From NCBI RefSeq assembly GCF_009914755.1, contig NC_060925.1: a stretch of DNA of 64,000 nt. One strand, given 5' to 3'. The notes below the pieces were generated by a model. That model had not been told where the DNA came from, did no database searches, and saw nothing but the letters and a program-made list of their open reading frames with translations. This DNA comes from the human T2T-CHM13v2.0 reference genome, Homo sapiens. Every line of letters starts with the position of its first letter. Positions within the stretch are counted from its first letter, which is position 1. Below are positions 21,016-60,910 of the stretch, piece by piece. Made by a program: the position numbers and the translations under genes.

Positions 21016-23698
21016 TGAGTAGCTGAGACTACGGGTGCCCGCCACCATACCTGGCTAATTTTTGTTGTTTTTAGTAGAGGCGGGGTTTTGCCATGTTGGC
21101 CAGGTTTCGAAAGCCTGACTTCGTGATCCACCCGCCTCAGCCTCCAAAAGTGCTGGAATTACAGGCATGAGCCACCACACCCGGCAAAAGGATAAAGTTT
21201 TTAAAAGTCTTTTAGGATAGCTTTGTTATCAGGTGTATAAGCTTAATAACACTCTCTTCCAGCATCTCTATTTGTCAGAGTTTTTATGACATTGGTGATT
21301 TCATTTTGATTCTAAAAACTTTCATACATCTCATTCTGTAGCAATTAGTTTGCGTTCAGCTACAAAGAAAAGACTTTTGTATAGTATCAGAACATATGAG
21401 GTGTACTCTTACGTACTTGGGCAGCAGAACTAATAGTGCAGTGACCTTATAGTGTGCCAGTTTCTTTCCATTTCCTGTCTCTGAAATGGTCTACACCTGG
21501 TCATTGTGCTCAAGCTCACTCCTTCAGAACCCAAGTCGGCTGATCCACCTCCAGGCAATTGAATCACATTCCAAACAGCAACAAGGAGAAAAATGTGAAG
21601 CTAATAGGACAGGGAATGTTATTAAAAACCAGTGTTTTTTAATTCAGAGAAGGCCAACCTGTTCAGGCACTTCTCTCTAAATCTCATGGAGCAGAACACT
21701 ATCACTCGGCCACCAATGTAAGCAGAAACATTTCTCTGTAGCAGAACACAGGAGACATGATTGGGAGTGGCTGCTGCTACCTGTACTATCATGAGTTCTG
21801 ACAAAAAGGCTATTTACATTGTGCACTGGAACAGGGTGTTATGAAAAAACCCTCAAATTCAGAATACATTCATCCCAGAGTCACAATAATTATGTAAGCA
21901 AATGGAATGCTTATTCTTTAGAGGTATAATTAAACAGCTGTCTAATCATTTGATTACTTATGACTTTGTAATGAAAATTATCAAACACAACAGTGAGAAT
22001 GTAATATTCAATCCCATAATCAAACATAACCTGTTAATCTTTTGTAAGGTTTTACATTTTGATAAAATGTTCAATAAATTGTGGTGCTTTAATTTGCATC
22101 ATGATGATGCAACACATAAAAGCAAGTGATTTACTTGAAAGGTGATCCCAGGAACAGAAGGAAGCAGTGAAGGAAGATGGGAAAGAGCAAGAAACCAATA
22201 AAGGCTGTGGAGTCGGTCAGACCTATTTTTGTTCATACATTTTTGGAGTTTTGAGTCCAGCTCTAAAGTTACCACATGTGTATGGCGTATTCCTAGTATG
22301 ACTATGTTAACTCAGGATAAACTACGGCTCAGGTACTGCAGAGGCTGCTGCACGTAGAATGGACCAGAACCACCTGGAGGGCTGTAGGATAACGGGTTGC
22401 TGGGCCTCTCCTTCATGTTACTCACTCAGCAGTCTGGTCTGCTTTGTTGCAAATTTTCAGGTGTTTCCAAAGCTGCTTGTCGGGGAAACTTGAAGAACTT
22501 CTCTGGCTGCCCAGTATGATGATGTTCTCCAGTGAAGACAGTGGCCCGCGTGAGATGCAGTAAGATACGGTGATCGTGAATGCTTTTAAGTGGACTCTAG
22601 TCTTGTTTATCCAAGTGTGAGAAATGAGGTCATGTGTGTTGGACTTCTGTGGTTTCACCTTGGAAGCCTGACTACTGTTCAAAGTCTACAACAGTCAGGT
22701 ACATATCCATTCCGGGTATACACGTGTAACCTAGGCTAGGATCTAAAGTCTTTACATGGCCTGGGCTGGAATCTGTCTCAGATCCTAGAGAGCTGCTCTG
22801 GGTGAACACACCTGGAGGAAACACTGAGATCCACAAGGGGAGATAACTCAAAAATAGAGTCCTTTGGTGGGTTGTTTTTGGAACTGTTCCTGTTGCTTTG
22901 GGGATGACATGGGGGAAGATGTGGAGAAGACGGTGGTGGTGACAACGGAGGTTTGAGGGGTACGGGACCACACCCAGACTTAGAATACAGCCCTCGTTTC
23001 TCCTGATTCCGTTTGTCATAGCCAGGAGAGCATCCTGGGTAATTTACCTAGTTAGAAGAATCTCACCCAGGGGACTGGGCTTTTGATTTTGCCATTTCAA
23101 GGAAAGACGTGCATCATACCACGGGCACTACAGATCCTTGAGACCTCCTTCAGCTCTCCTCTTCTTTCACAGCCTTGAAAATTATCTTTTAATTGATAGC
23201 CTCAGAAATGTTATTGAAATCTTTACTACCCATTCGCTAGGTGAAATTATCTAAATGAATTTCGCATTCCAAATCTAACCATATTTCTTAAATTATGAAT
23301 ATGGTTGAGAAATTTATTTTTAGGCAATCTTTTTGTTTCACATAATTTGCTCATAATTGTTAGAGTATTCTTTAAAATGAATTATCCCCATTACTAAATA
23401 ATTTGACTGTTTAATCATTCTAAAAAAATTAAAATACGTCATTCTAAATAACTCATTAAGTTTTACCTTATATTTATAGAAGCCTTCCCAATTACTCATA
23501 TAAAAATCTTATGCTGGCCGGGTGCAGTGGCTCACGTCTGTAATCCCAGCACTTTGGGAGGCCGAGACAGGCGGATCACGAGGTCAGGAGATCGAGACCA
23601 TCCTGGCTAACACGGTGAAACCCCGTCTCTACTAAAAAAAAAAAAATACAAAAAATTAGCCAGGCGTGGTGGCGGGCGCCTGTAGTCCTAGCTACTCA

Positions 23699-23866
<168 letters not shown>

Positions 23867-24009
23867 TTACATATTTTTAAACAGCCTTGAAAGACTGATT
23901 TTATTCTTATAAAATGATACATTTAGTCACTTTCTAGTTATAGACCTGTACTATTTGGCTGTTATATTATACCTAAAGCTGTTAATTTCCCTTTTTAAAG
24001 CAGTAATGA

Positions 24010-24261
<252 letters not shown>

Positions 24262-24419
24262 TGAACTCCTGACCACAACTGATCCACCCGCCTCAGCCTC
24301 CCAACGTGCTGGGATTACAGGAGTGAGCCACCGCACCCGGCCGAGTTTACCCATTTTTGAGTGTACATTTTAGAGGCATTAAGTGCATTCACATGATGGG
24401 ATACTCATCACAACTATCC

Positions 24420-25030
24420 TGAAACCTGAAACTATTATGAGAAAACATAAGGCAAAAGTACCATGACATTAGTCTGGGCAATAATTTTTTAGATTTAATG
24501 TAAAAATCCCAGGCAACACAAGCAAAAATAAATGAAACTTCTTTCAACTAAAAAGCTTCTGTACAGCACCAGCTACAATCAATGATATGATGAGACAACC
24601 ACAGAATGAAAAAATATTCAAATTATATGTCGGATGGGTTAATATTGAAAATACATAAGAACTTAAACTATATGACAGAAAGATATTAAAAATGGGGAAA
24701 ATATCTAAATATGTTTTTCAAAAGACCTACAAATGACCAACACATATATTTTTAAATGTTCATCAATAATCATCAAGGAAAGGCAAATCAGAACTGCTAT
24801 GAGGTATCACCTCACTCTTGTTAGAACGACTATAATCAAAAAGACAGAGGATAAGTGTTGGCGAAAGTGTGGGGAAAGAAAAATGCTAGCACACTGTTGG
24901 TATGAATGTGAACCAATACAGCCACTGCCAAAAACAGTATGATGATTTCCGCAAAAAAATTCAAAATAGAACTACCATATGACACAGCAATTTTACTATT
25001 GGATATATATCCACAAAAATAAAATGAGTA
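24420..25030 (+). mobile_element. Old L1M ORF2 3' fragment
   Basis: ORF 24733-24942 RTAMRYHLTLVRTTIIKKTEDKCWRKCGERKMLAHCW resembles the L1 ORF2 C-terminal cysteine-rich domain. Confidence 0.75.
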
Positions 25031-25734
25031 GGTTGAGGAGACATCTTTATTTCCTAAATATTGAAAGAAATATTTCCCAAATTTTGAAATATATAATATT
25101 TGGGAATATTTGGGAAATAAATGTTTCTGTCTTTCTCATAAACTCAGTGGAAAAGACTCAAAAATAAAGTTTTCGTGATGTTTTTGTTCTATTAGTCCGT
25201 CATCAGTACAGGAACTCAGGTATTTACCAGTGTGCTCAGGGCCTAGCACAGAACATGGGAAGGACTGAAATATTTTAGAACTTTTACTTTAAGCTTGGGG
25301 GTACCTGGAGCTGCTGTTCCTGATGGTGATGGTATAGAAAACAGTAAAGAAGCAGACAGTGCTAATGGTCCCAATTTGGCTATTGTAGAAACACAGAAAA
25401 CAATTTAGCACCCCAAAATCACTGAGGAAATTGTTTTAATCCAAAAGCTACCATGATCTCTGAGATGTCTTTAGAGTGAATGGCCAAGCGGTTGGCTAGC
25501 TAGGTGATTAAGAATGAAGACTATGGACTGCCAACTGCACCCAATGAAACATAGGAAGAGATTTAAAAAGTTCCCAAGATTGCAAAAATAAATCTAAATG
25601 AAAGATTATTTCAGGCCGGGGGCAGTGGCTAAAGCCTGTAATCTCAGCACTTTGAGAGGACGAGGTGGGCGGATCACGTGAGGTTGGGAGTTTGGGACCA
25701 GCCTGACCAACATGGAGAAACCCGGACTCTACTA

Positions 25735-26024
<290 letters not shown>

Positions 26025-28954
26025 TCATAGAAAATTAAATTCAAAATTATCCACTTATCATTAACTCTCCTTAAGAATTTCTAAGATACATTTGCTCTTC
26101 AGAGATTTCCAAATTCTGACATGTTTATTTACACACTGCTTACAATACATAGTCCAATATTATTAAAGCTTTACCTATTCTAATTAATTATACATTCACC
26201 ACACTTTGTGTCAGGATTTTAAAATATTTTCTTTTAACAAACAAACAATGCTAACTGCCCGATTTAATTCTCTGGCCCATGGACAGTGCATCCCTCTCCT
26301 CCATTAAGAGTGTTGCTTGGCCAGGCACGGTGGCTCGTGCCTGTAATCCCAGCACTTTGGGAGGCCGAGGCGGGCAGATTACGAAGTCAGGAGATCTCTA
26401 TCTATTTATATCCTTTTAAACATCTCTCAAATAAGTTTGAAAATTTTCTCCGTACAACTCTTACATATTTTATGTCAGCTATAGACTTAAGTATTCCATA
26501 TATTTGATGCAATTATCAATGGTGTCTTTTATTTTAAAAACAATTTTCTGGCCGGGCACGGTGGCTCACGCCTGTAATCCCAGCACTTTGGGAGGCCGAG
26601 GCAGGTGGATCATGAGGTCAGGAGATTGAGACCATCCTGGGGAACACGGTGAAACCCTGTCTCTACTGAAAATACAAAAAAATTAGCCGGGTGTGGTGGC
26701 GGGCGCCTGCAGTCTCAGCTACTTGGGAGGCTGAGGCAGAAGAATGGCATGAACCTGGGAGGCAGAGCTTGCAGTGAGCCGTGATCGCGCCACTACACTC
26801 CAGCCTGGGTGACAGAGCGAGACTCTGTCTCAAAAAAAAAAAAAAAGAATGTGTTGCTTGTAGCTGGGCCACATGGTGGCACATGCCTGTAATGCCAGCA
26901 CTTTGGGAGGCTGAGGTAGGGGGGTTGCTTGAGCGCAGGAGCTTGAGATCAGCCTGGAAAACACAGTGAGACTTCATTTCTACAAAACAATAAAAAAAAT
27001 TAGCTGGGCATGGTGGCATGTGGCTGTACTCCTAGCTACCCAGGGAGCTAAGATGAGAGGATAACCTGAGCCTGGGAGGTTGAGACTGCAGTAAGCTATG
27101 ATCACAATGTCAGTTTTGTAAAATATAAATGACCTCAAACTCTCCAGTTAAAAGTCAATCTATTGGCTGGGCGCAGTGGCTCATGCCTGTAATCCCAGCA
27201 CTTTGAGAGGCTGAGGTGGGTGGATCACCTCAGGTGAGGAGTTCAAGACCAGCCTGGCCAACATGATGAACCCCATCTTTACTAAAAATACAAAAATTAG
27301 CCAGGCATGGTGGTGCGTGCCTGTAATCGCAGCTACTTGGCAGACCAAGGCAAGAGACTTGATTGAACCCAGGAGGTGGAAGTTGCAGTGAGCCAAGATT
27401 GCACCACTGCACTCCAGCCTGGGTGACAGGGTGAGACTCAGTCTCAAAACAAACAAACAAACAAACAAAAATCTATCATCACATTAAAAAATTTCAAATT
27501 TCCAGGCCAGGTGTGGCTCATACCTATAATCCCAGCACTTTAGGAGGCCAAGGCAGGTCAGTCACTAGAGCTTAGGAGTTCAAGACAAGCCTGGGAACAT
27601 GGTAAAACCTCATCTCTACTAAAAAAAGAATTAGCTAGGAGTGGGGGTGCACACTTCTAGTCCCAGCTACTCAGGGGGCTGAGGTGGGATGATTGCTTGA
27701 GTCTGGGAGGCAGAGGTTGCAGTAATCCGAGATTACACCAGTGCACACCAGCCTGGGTGACACAGTGAGACCATGTCTCCAAAAAAAAAAAAAAAAAAAA
27801 GAAGAAGAAAAAGAGAAAGTCCAAATTTCCTGTTAGAATGTACCAAGTACTATATAAGATGACATATTGTGTGGAGAACAGTGAGAAAGTGTAGCCATAA
27901 CACAGATTTAAAAAAAAAAAAAAAAAAAAAGGAGGAGAGCTGGAATGCATAAGTAGTTGAGAAGAAAGAAAAAGAGACCACAAAAAAACAGAGATAATTT
28001 GGAAATAAAAGCAGAATTCCTCTTCAGAGAGAGTCAGTTGTGCAGCCTGGGTAGAGAAGTCCTTTCTCTGCATGCAGAATCAATGCCAGGTCTTCATCCT
28101 GGATATTTCCAATCTCTTACCTGGAGCCACAACTTCACTCCAAAAAGAATATTTATTGTTAATTATGGAACATCTACTACACATCTGGCACTGCGTTATG
28201 TTTCTTCACTTCATTTATATGCCAAATAGCCCTATGACTTATAAAGCCTCCAAAGTGTTTATCTGAACAAATTGCCCAATAGAGTCAATAAACTCAATTA
28301 CTCAATTAAGTGAAAGAAACAATAACAAAAAAAGTTGGCTCGAATAGTGTTCTCTAATAATGGAAAAATGGAAATGTACTAATTAAGTACAATGAAAATT
28401 AATACACTCACTGTGGAATTATTCACATCTTCAGATTATTTTTTAAGCACCAATAAGTTTCATAAAATCATTATTATAATCCCTGAGAAGATCACATAAG
28501 AAATTCTTCATGAATTTTGGAACAAGAAAATTATACGTTAGCTCTAGCATGAGCAACATAAAAGTAAAAACAGGAATTTCATGTGGAAATTCTGCAAAAT
28601 AAGATTTTAGAGAAATGCCTTCAATACAAAGCAGAGAAAACAGATTTGCCTTCGACATTTTTGAGGTTTCTAGTTTGCTAATAAATTATCCATACTTTTG
28701 AAATTATGTTTGGTTCCAACATTTTTCTCTTATTCTGAAAACAGGTATGCACTTACTTCAAACACATTACTTGCTTCATAACTGTCTTACACCTAACATT
28801 TATCCTTAGAGTAGTATATTTATGTATTTATCTCCATGTAAACCAAAACTAAAAGCATGTATATGTTTTGCAGGCCAGAAAAGCCACATGTTAAAAGGAA
28901 AATGTAAATAAAATTTTGTGAATAGTCCTTCAAGATTCAGAAATACACGGTCTT

Positions 28955-31937
<2,983 letters not shown>

Positions 31938-32059
31938 TTACAAATCTAAGGCATAAAATTATACAAGCATATTAGCAAGATAGCATAATGAAATACCACA
32001 GGCCCTTATTCCTTCATAGTCATAATCCTAACAAAAATATACTAAGCAAAATGCCATTA

Positions 32060-36335
<4,276 letters not shown>

Positions 36336-36816
36336 TCCTTTCTGAGAACTCTAAAAATCAATGAAGGGTTTGCAGGTGAGCACAATGCCATAAGCCCCAT
36401 AGAATGGAAGGAAAGTTGGTTCCATTTACCCACCACAGCCCTACCTTTTTTCCAATAAGGTAGGTGCCCTTAGGAGTAAACTTCCGACTTCTCCCTCAGA
36501 AAATAAAGAAAATAGTGGCACATGTGTCCATACTTTTGGGGGTTTGAAAAAGACTGGTTTCTGTCTCCTATTACACAGAGTACTGAATGGAATGATGGTA
36601 TACTTTGACCGACAGGTTGGTTCTGTTGAGACCAATAATAAATGGTTGTTATAGCAGATGAGAAACTGCAGTACGAGAGATGGGCAACAGATATAACAAG
36701 TGATTACAGCCTCTTAAGAGGAAACATGTGAAAACCTCTGTAATTAAGAAAATAGCCGGGTGCAGTGGCTCATGCCAGTAATCCTAGCCCTTTGGGAGGC
36801 CGAGGTTGGCAGATCA

Positions 36817-37122
<306 letters not shown>

Positions 37123-37199
37123 CTAGCCTGGTCAACTGGTGTCAGAATTTCCCAGAACAATGCCACTTTATAAAGATTGAAACAGGTGGCTTTTTGTTA

Positions 37200-41790
<4,591 letters not shown>

Positions 41791-42370
41791 AATCCACATT
41801 ATACACATACATATATACACACACATATATATAAATGACACAGACCAATGAAGTTTCATACTAAACAAGAGAAAATTATAAAATGACAATTATTTTAAAG
41901 GAAGGCAACAAGTGGGAGTTTACTATATAATCAGCAATGTTCTACACTCCCCAACGACCCAGCATATTTAAGAAATCTAGGATATGAGTAGATATATTAA
42001 ACTATATAACAGCTGAGAAATTTAGGCACGTAGGGTTCAAATTACAAATCTCAGTTCACACAAAAGAAAGAAAATTTTTAAGTAAACGACATTAGATTTT
42101 CTGATATTTAGGGAGATGCTTAGTCTTCTGATAAAATTACTATCAATTTCTGTAGAATCACATTTGAAATCTCCACAGGGTAAGTCATAAAGGAGAAAAT
42201 ATACATCCGTTTGTGGTGTTCTGGGATTTCTTAACCAAATACCAATATCACCACTACTCTCACATGTTCCACATGCAATGCAAAAAGGGATCTTAAAAAA
42301 TATTTTAGGCCGGGCGCGGTGGCTCACGCCTGTAATCCCGGCACTTTGGGAGGCCGAGGCAGGTGGATCA

Positions 42371-42682
<312 letters not shown>

Positions 42683-42938
42683 TCAGATCATGCAGTCCCC
42701 TATAAACTATGAAGATGATTGTGACGCTCACTGTAAACTTGAAGGAAAATGACTGAAGGGAAATACAGTCCTTAGACAATTTAACAGCATGAGATAGAAG
42801 ATGCCCCTATGTGGGAGCAAGAGAAAGAAACCCAGGCTTCTCAGAAGCCATTTCCTGGGAGTAGAGCTTCCCAAACCACAGTTTAAAGTCTGGCTTCTTC
42901 CTTGATCCTTCAACCCCTACCTGTGTTCGCTTCATTCA

Positions 42939-43085
<147 letters not shown>

Positions 43086-43466
43086 TTAATCACCTTTTAC
43101 TATGCTCAGTAGAGAAGAGAAAACATCACATTAGATCCTAGAAAATTAACTCCAAAATACTGTTTTCTGACAGAACCTTTAATATATGTAGGAAGTATTT
43201 TAAATTTGTGAGTCCTTAGCCCTGCTACCAAGAACTATAATAACTGGATCAAAAATTGGTGGTGGAAACTGGATTTTGAAGTGTAGGCAACAATATTTTA
43301 TACTACTGAATTTCTAGAATTACCACCAATCTAGAGCAAGGATATACATCAGCTGAATAGAAAGGTTGATGTCAAGGCAAAACATCTTGAAAGTTTTGTT
43401 TTCTACACCAAGAAATCCCCAAGGTTTTCTTGAAAGCAGTGATGTGAAACTCATTCATGCAAATCA

Positions 43467-43694
<228 letters not shown>

Positions 43695-43905
43695 TTACCA
43701 AGTGGTCACGGCAGAGTTCTTAATTTGACTACAGGCAAGGAGAGACAGTGAAGAGAACTGGCTCTGACTTATATGAGTGACTAGAATTATCAAATAAGAT
43801 AATTTTTAACACAGAAATATACTCTAGGCCGGGCGCGGCGGCTCACACCTGTAATCCCAACACTTTGGGAGGCCGAGGCAGGCGGATCACCAGGTCAGGA
43901 GTTCA

Positions 43906-44214
<309 letters not shown>

Positions 44215-44414
44215 CTACTTTTGTGCATAATATAGTATAAAATTAAGGGCATCAACTCAAGCACTGGTATATTCACATCACACAGGATAAACTGTGTATT
44301 GTTCTCATATGGAGAAGTCAGGGTGAGTTAGAAGGTACTTCTCAAATTTTAACAAGTATGTCAGTGAAGTAGGAATCTTGTTAAAATGCAGGCACGGGCC
44401 GGGTGCAGTGACTA

Positions 44415-47215
<2,801 letters not shown>

Positions 47216-47499
47216 ATAAATAAATTGTAAATAAATTATAGGGGAAAAAGTTTCTCTATCTTTATAGTTTTGGTAAACTAAATTCAGTGATGGATATTCA
47301 TTAAATATCCAGATCATTTCCAAATAAGATGTAATGCTAAGACATTTAGTTACTAAATTTGAGTTCATCTTACACACTTTGGGCTTTTTATTTCAGAAAA
47401 ACAAAATACATTTAGATGTTGGTAAATACATTATGTTCCACACTGAAACACTGTTTCATTAGAACTATATTTCTAAAAATGTGTATTCATAAATTCTTA

Positions 47500-47724
<225 letters not shown>

Positions 47725-47829
47725 TCATTGAACCCAGAGGGCGGAGGTTGCAGTGAGCTGAGATTGCACCACTGCACTCCAGCCTGGGCGAGAGAGCGAG
47801 ACTCCATCTCAAAAAGAACAACAACAAAA

Positions 47830-49269
47830 AAGATCACTCATGATGACCAAGTGGGATTTATCCCAGGGATGCAAGGATGGTTCAACATATGTAAATCAAC
47901 CCATGTAACACATCATATTAACAGAATGAAGGAGAAAAACCATATGATCATTTCAACTGATGCCGAAAAAGAATTTCATAAAATTCAACATCCTTCATTG
48001 ATTTAAAAAAAAAACCCTCGAAAAACTGAGTATAAAAGGAGCATACACAGTAAAATCATACATGACAGACCCACAGCTAGTATACTGAAGGAGGAAAAAC
48101 TGACAGCTATACCTCTAAGATGTGGAACAAGAAAAGGATGCCAACTTTCACCAGTTACTCAACTTAGTACTGTAAGTCCTAACTAGAACAGACAAGAGAA
48201 CAAAATGAAGCTCTCCAAATTCAAAAGGAAGAAGTCAAATTATCCTTGTTTGCAAATGATATGATCTTCCACTTGAAAAAACCTAAAGACTCTACCAAAA
48301 AACTATTCAAACTGAAAAGCAAATTTGGTAAAGTGGTAGGATACAATACTAACATACGATAATCAGTAGCATTTTTATATGCCAACAGCAAACAATCTGA
48401 AAAAGAAATGAAGAAAGTAATCCCACTTACGATAGCAACAAATAAAATACCTAGGAATAAACTTAACCAAAGAAGTGAAAGATTTCAACAACAGAAACTA
48501 TAAACCATTGATGAAAGAAACTGAAGAGCACACAAAATAACAGAAATATATTCTGTGTTCATGGATTGGAAGACTGTTAAAATGTTACTGTTAAAATGTC
48601 CGTAACTCCACAAAGCAATCTATAAACTCTGTGTAATACCTACCAAAATACCAATGACATTCTTCAGAGAAATAGAAAAACTAAGCCTAAAATTTTTTTG
48701 GAACCACAAAAGACTAAGAATAGCCAAAGCCATCCTGAACAAAAAGGAAAAAACTGGAAGAATTACTCTACTTGACTTCAGATTATATTACAGAGCTATA
48801 GCAACAAAAACAGCATGGTACTAGCATAAAACAAGACACATAGCTCTATGGAACAAAATAAAGAACCAAGAAAAAAATCCATACATCTACAGCAAATTAA
48901 TCTGTGACAGAGGCACCAAGAACATACTTTGGGGGAAACAACAGTCTCTCAATAAGTTGTGCTGGGAAAAATGGATATTCATATGCAGAAGAATAAAACT
49001 TGACCCCTTGGCCGGGTGTGGTGGCTCATGCATGTAATCTCAGCACTGTGGGAGGCCAAAGCAGCAGGGTCACTTGAGGCCAGGAGTTCGAGACCAGCCT
49101 GGCCAAGGAGTCCGACCAGCCTGGCCAACATAGTGAAACCCTGTCTCTATTAAAATACAAAAGTTAGCTAGCTGTGGTGGCCTGCACCTGTGGTCCCAGT
49201 TTACTTGGGAGGCTGAGGCACGAGAATAGCCTGAGCCCAGGGGATGACAGAGTGAGACTGTCTCAAAAC

Positions 49270-49300
<31 letters not shown>

Positions 49301-49455
49301 CGATAAAAAACAACAACAAAAAAACTTGGCCCCCGTCTCTAGGCATATACAAAAAATCAAATCAAAATGGATTAAAGACGTAAATCTAAGACCTCAAACT
49401 ATGAACAGAAAACATCAAGGAAACTATCCAGGACACTGGCTGAGCAAAGATTTTA
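47830..49455 (+). mobile_element. L1 ORF2 reverse-transcriptase-region fragment
   Basis: [51 protein letters not shown] and ttgtttgcaaatgatatgatc (LFADD-like). Confidence 0.85.
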
Positions 49456-49637
49456 CAGCAGAGTGTCAAGTGATTATTCTCTGCTTTCTTCTCATGTGAA
49501 ATGTTCAGAACAGAAAGAAAATATTTTTTAAAAAGCCACTCATGGCTGGGCACGGTGGCTCAAGCCTGTAATCCCAGCACTTTGGGAGGCCGAGGCGGGA
49601 GGATCACAAGGTCAGGAGATCGAGATCATCCTGGCTA

Positions 49638-49946
<309 letters not shown>

Positions 49947-50100
49947 TCATGCCTGTAATCCCAGCACTTTGGGAGGCTGAGGCGGGCGGATCACGAGGTC
50001 AGGAGTTCGAGGGCAGCCTGGCCAACATAATGAAACCCCATCTCTACTAAAAATACAAAAATTAGCCGGGCATGGTGGCGCCTGCCTGTATTCCCAGCTA

Positions 50101-50217
<117 letters not shown>

Positions 50218-50842
50218 TCAAAATAAATAAATAAATAAAAAGAACAAATAGTTGATAATGTTGTGTTTGGAGAGACAAAGTTAGCATTTGGGAATGTAGA
50301 AAAGAAACTGGAAACAAGATTTCCTTCAGGCCCTAAAACAGTTAGGCTGGGGGAACAGAGTCCTGGATTTGAGGTCCTGCTTGCCATACATTTGAAAAAT
50401 GCTGGGAAAACCAGTTCCCCTGTGGAGTGTTAGAATACTTAAATGGCAGACAATTAGACTGAGTGGCTTTGATGTCCTGGGATTCTATCTAAGGAATCCT
50501 AGCTAACTTAGATGAATTTCTTGTAAATTGCAAACTTGGAGAAAAACAAAACGTAGGCTTAACCAACCACTAAATGCTAATAAATCTCTTATTACATAAT
50601 CAGGAAATTTCATCCTGGACAGTCCAAATAAGGTGACTGCATAATGGCAACCGATCAATTATTAAACGTGGTTGCTTCCTCGTGCACCTTATGAAGACCT
50701 TCCCTTCAAGTTTAGCCCCAAACCAGGGCTAGGGGCTTCCAGATTCATAAATCACTGTTTGCTGGAATAAACTCCTTAACATTTCAAAGGTGCTTCAGTT
50801 TATTTTTTTAAGAGGAGAAAGGAGACCGGGCGCGGTGGCTCA

Positions 50843-51900
<1,058 letters not shown>

Positions 51901-51940
51901 GGCATTTAACCTTGTATATAAGATTATATCCATTCATAAG

Positions 51941-51944
<4 letters not shown>

Positions 51945-51973
<29 letters not shown>
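51945..51973 (+). repeat. (CA)n microsatellite just upstream of the ZNF695 promoter
   Basis: About 14 CA units followed by (TA)n. Confidence 0.9.
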
Positions 51974-51980
<7 letters not shown>

Positions 51981-52341
51981 TTCACAAATAGAAACAATGA
52001 ATGATAATTATTTTAAAGTTTCCGATTTCATAACCTTCCGGGCCTCTGGTCTTTTGACCAGGCAGCCTGAGCTGTGGAAAGTGAGGCAATCCTCTCAGGC
52101 AGCAATATGCAATATAAATAAAAGGTGAGCCACGCGTGTCATTTAAAATTTTCTAGGATCTGGCGGGTCGTGGTGGCTTACGCCTGTGATCCCAGCACTT
52201 GGGGAGGCTGAGGAGGGAGGATCACATGAGGCCAGGAGTTTGAGACCAGCCTGGCCAGTATGGCGAAACCCCGTCTCTGCTAAAAGTATTTTTAAAAATT
52301 AGCCAGGAGTGGTGGTGGTCGCCTGTAATCCCAGCTACTCA

Positions 52342-52446
<105 letters not shown>

Positions 52447-53109
52447 TCAAAAACAAAAACAAAACAAAACAAAAAAATCGGCTGTGAAGACATTTCCTCC
52501 TGCAGAAATTTAGCCAAACAGCTGAGTATGTCTTGAAGTCATTCTTTGGTTCTTAACAGGGCAAAGCTATTTTCTAAGACCTAAACCCTGGACTGGCCAT
52601 GGGGCAAACCCTCACAACACATATGGAATTCATGCACAGTTAATGCATCTCTTACCTTGAACCAGTGGTTGCTACTAATTTTGTTTCTGATTCAGCCCAG
52701 TTCTACAACTGCCCTGCTATGCACAGGGCACTGTACTAGCTGCCCTGGCCTTGGTGAACATCATTGTGGGGAGAGGACTTTGCTGGGAAAAAGTTGCATC
52801 CCCCCAGATTGAAACCATTCCACTTTCCAAATTGGAGTAAAACTGAAAAGACCTAGGGGAGCACCCAAGGTTACAACATGAATGAATAGCTCAGAATATT
52901 TAAAGTCATTTGATGGTATCATGGGTGAGTGTGTCTCACTTCAAACAAAATAAAACACTACTGTTATTCTGAGATTCTAAGTTAGGATTTATGTAAAAAT
53001 ATATAATAATTTTTTTGATACACAACACACATACAAAAAAATACAAAGCATTCATGTAAAGCTCTGTGAGTTATTACAAAGCAAATACAGTTGTATAACC
53101 AAGAAATAG

Positions 53110-53521
<412 letters not shown>

Positions 53522-53829
53522 TGAGACAGAGTCTAACCCTTTCACCCAGGCTGAAGATGCTCTAGCGATCCTCCTACCTCAGCCAACTGAGTAGTTGGGA
53601 CTACAGGCACACAACCACCACAACTGGTTCATTTAAAGATCTTAAGAGCTAACATTGTACATCACTTTTGCCTTTTCATACAAGCGTTTTATTACAGAAA
53701 ATTTTAGCCATATACAAAATAAACGAAATAGTATAATAGACCCGTCACCCTGATTCAAGAACTACTCATCTTGTGCCATTTTTCTTTCATCTATGCTTCA
53801 ACCCATTCTGCACCCACTGCTGTATTTTT

Positions 53830-58345
<4,516 letters not shown>

Positions 58346-58789
58346 ACAGTTTATTTTTAATTAATTAATTTATTTTTTGACACGAAGTCTCACCCTGTCG
58401 CCCAGGCTGGAGTGCAGTGGCCCAATCTTGGCTCACTGCAACCACTGCTTCCCAGGTTCAAGCGATTCTCCTGCCTCAGCCTCCTGAGTAGCTAGGATTA
58501 TAGGCATGCGCCATCATGCCTGGCTAATGTTTGTATTTTTAGTAGAGATGGGGTTTCGCCATATTGGCCAGGCTTGTCTCGATCTCCTGACCTCAGGTGA
58601 TCTGCCGGCCTCAGCCTCCCAAAGTGCTGGGATTATAGGTGTGAGCCACTGCACCCAGCCGGTTGCTTTGAATTTTTAAAAATTTTGCCATCATGCTCAT
58701 GTCTTCAGCCTGGTATAATTTTATATTAGATTCATAAGGTATATTCTACAAAATCCAGTAAGATAATCTGTTATGTTAATTTCTTTCAG

Positions 58790-60910
<2,121 letters not shown>

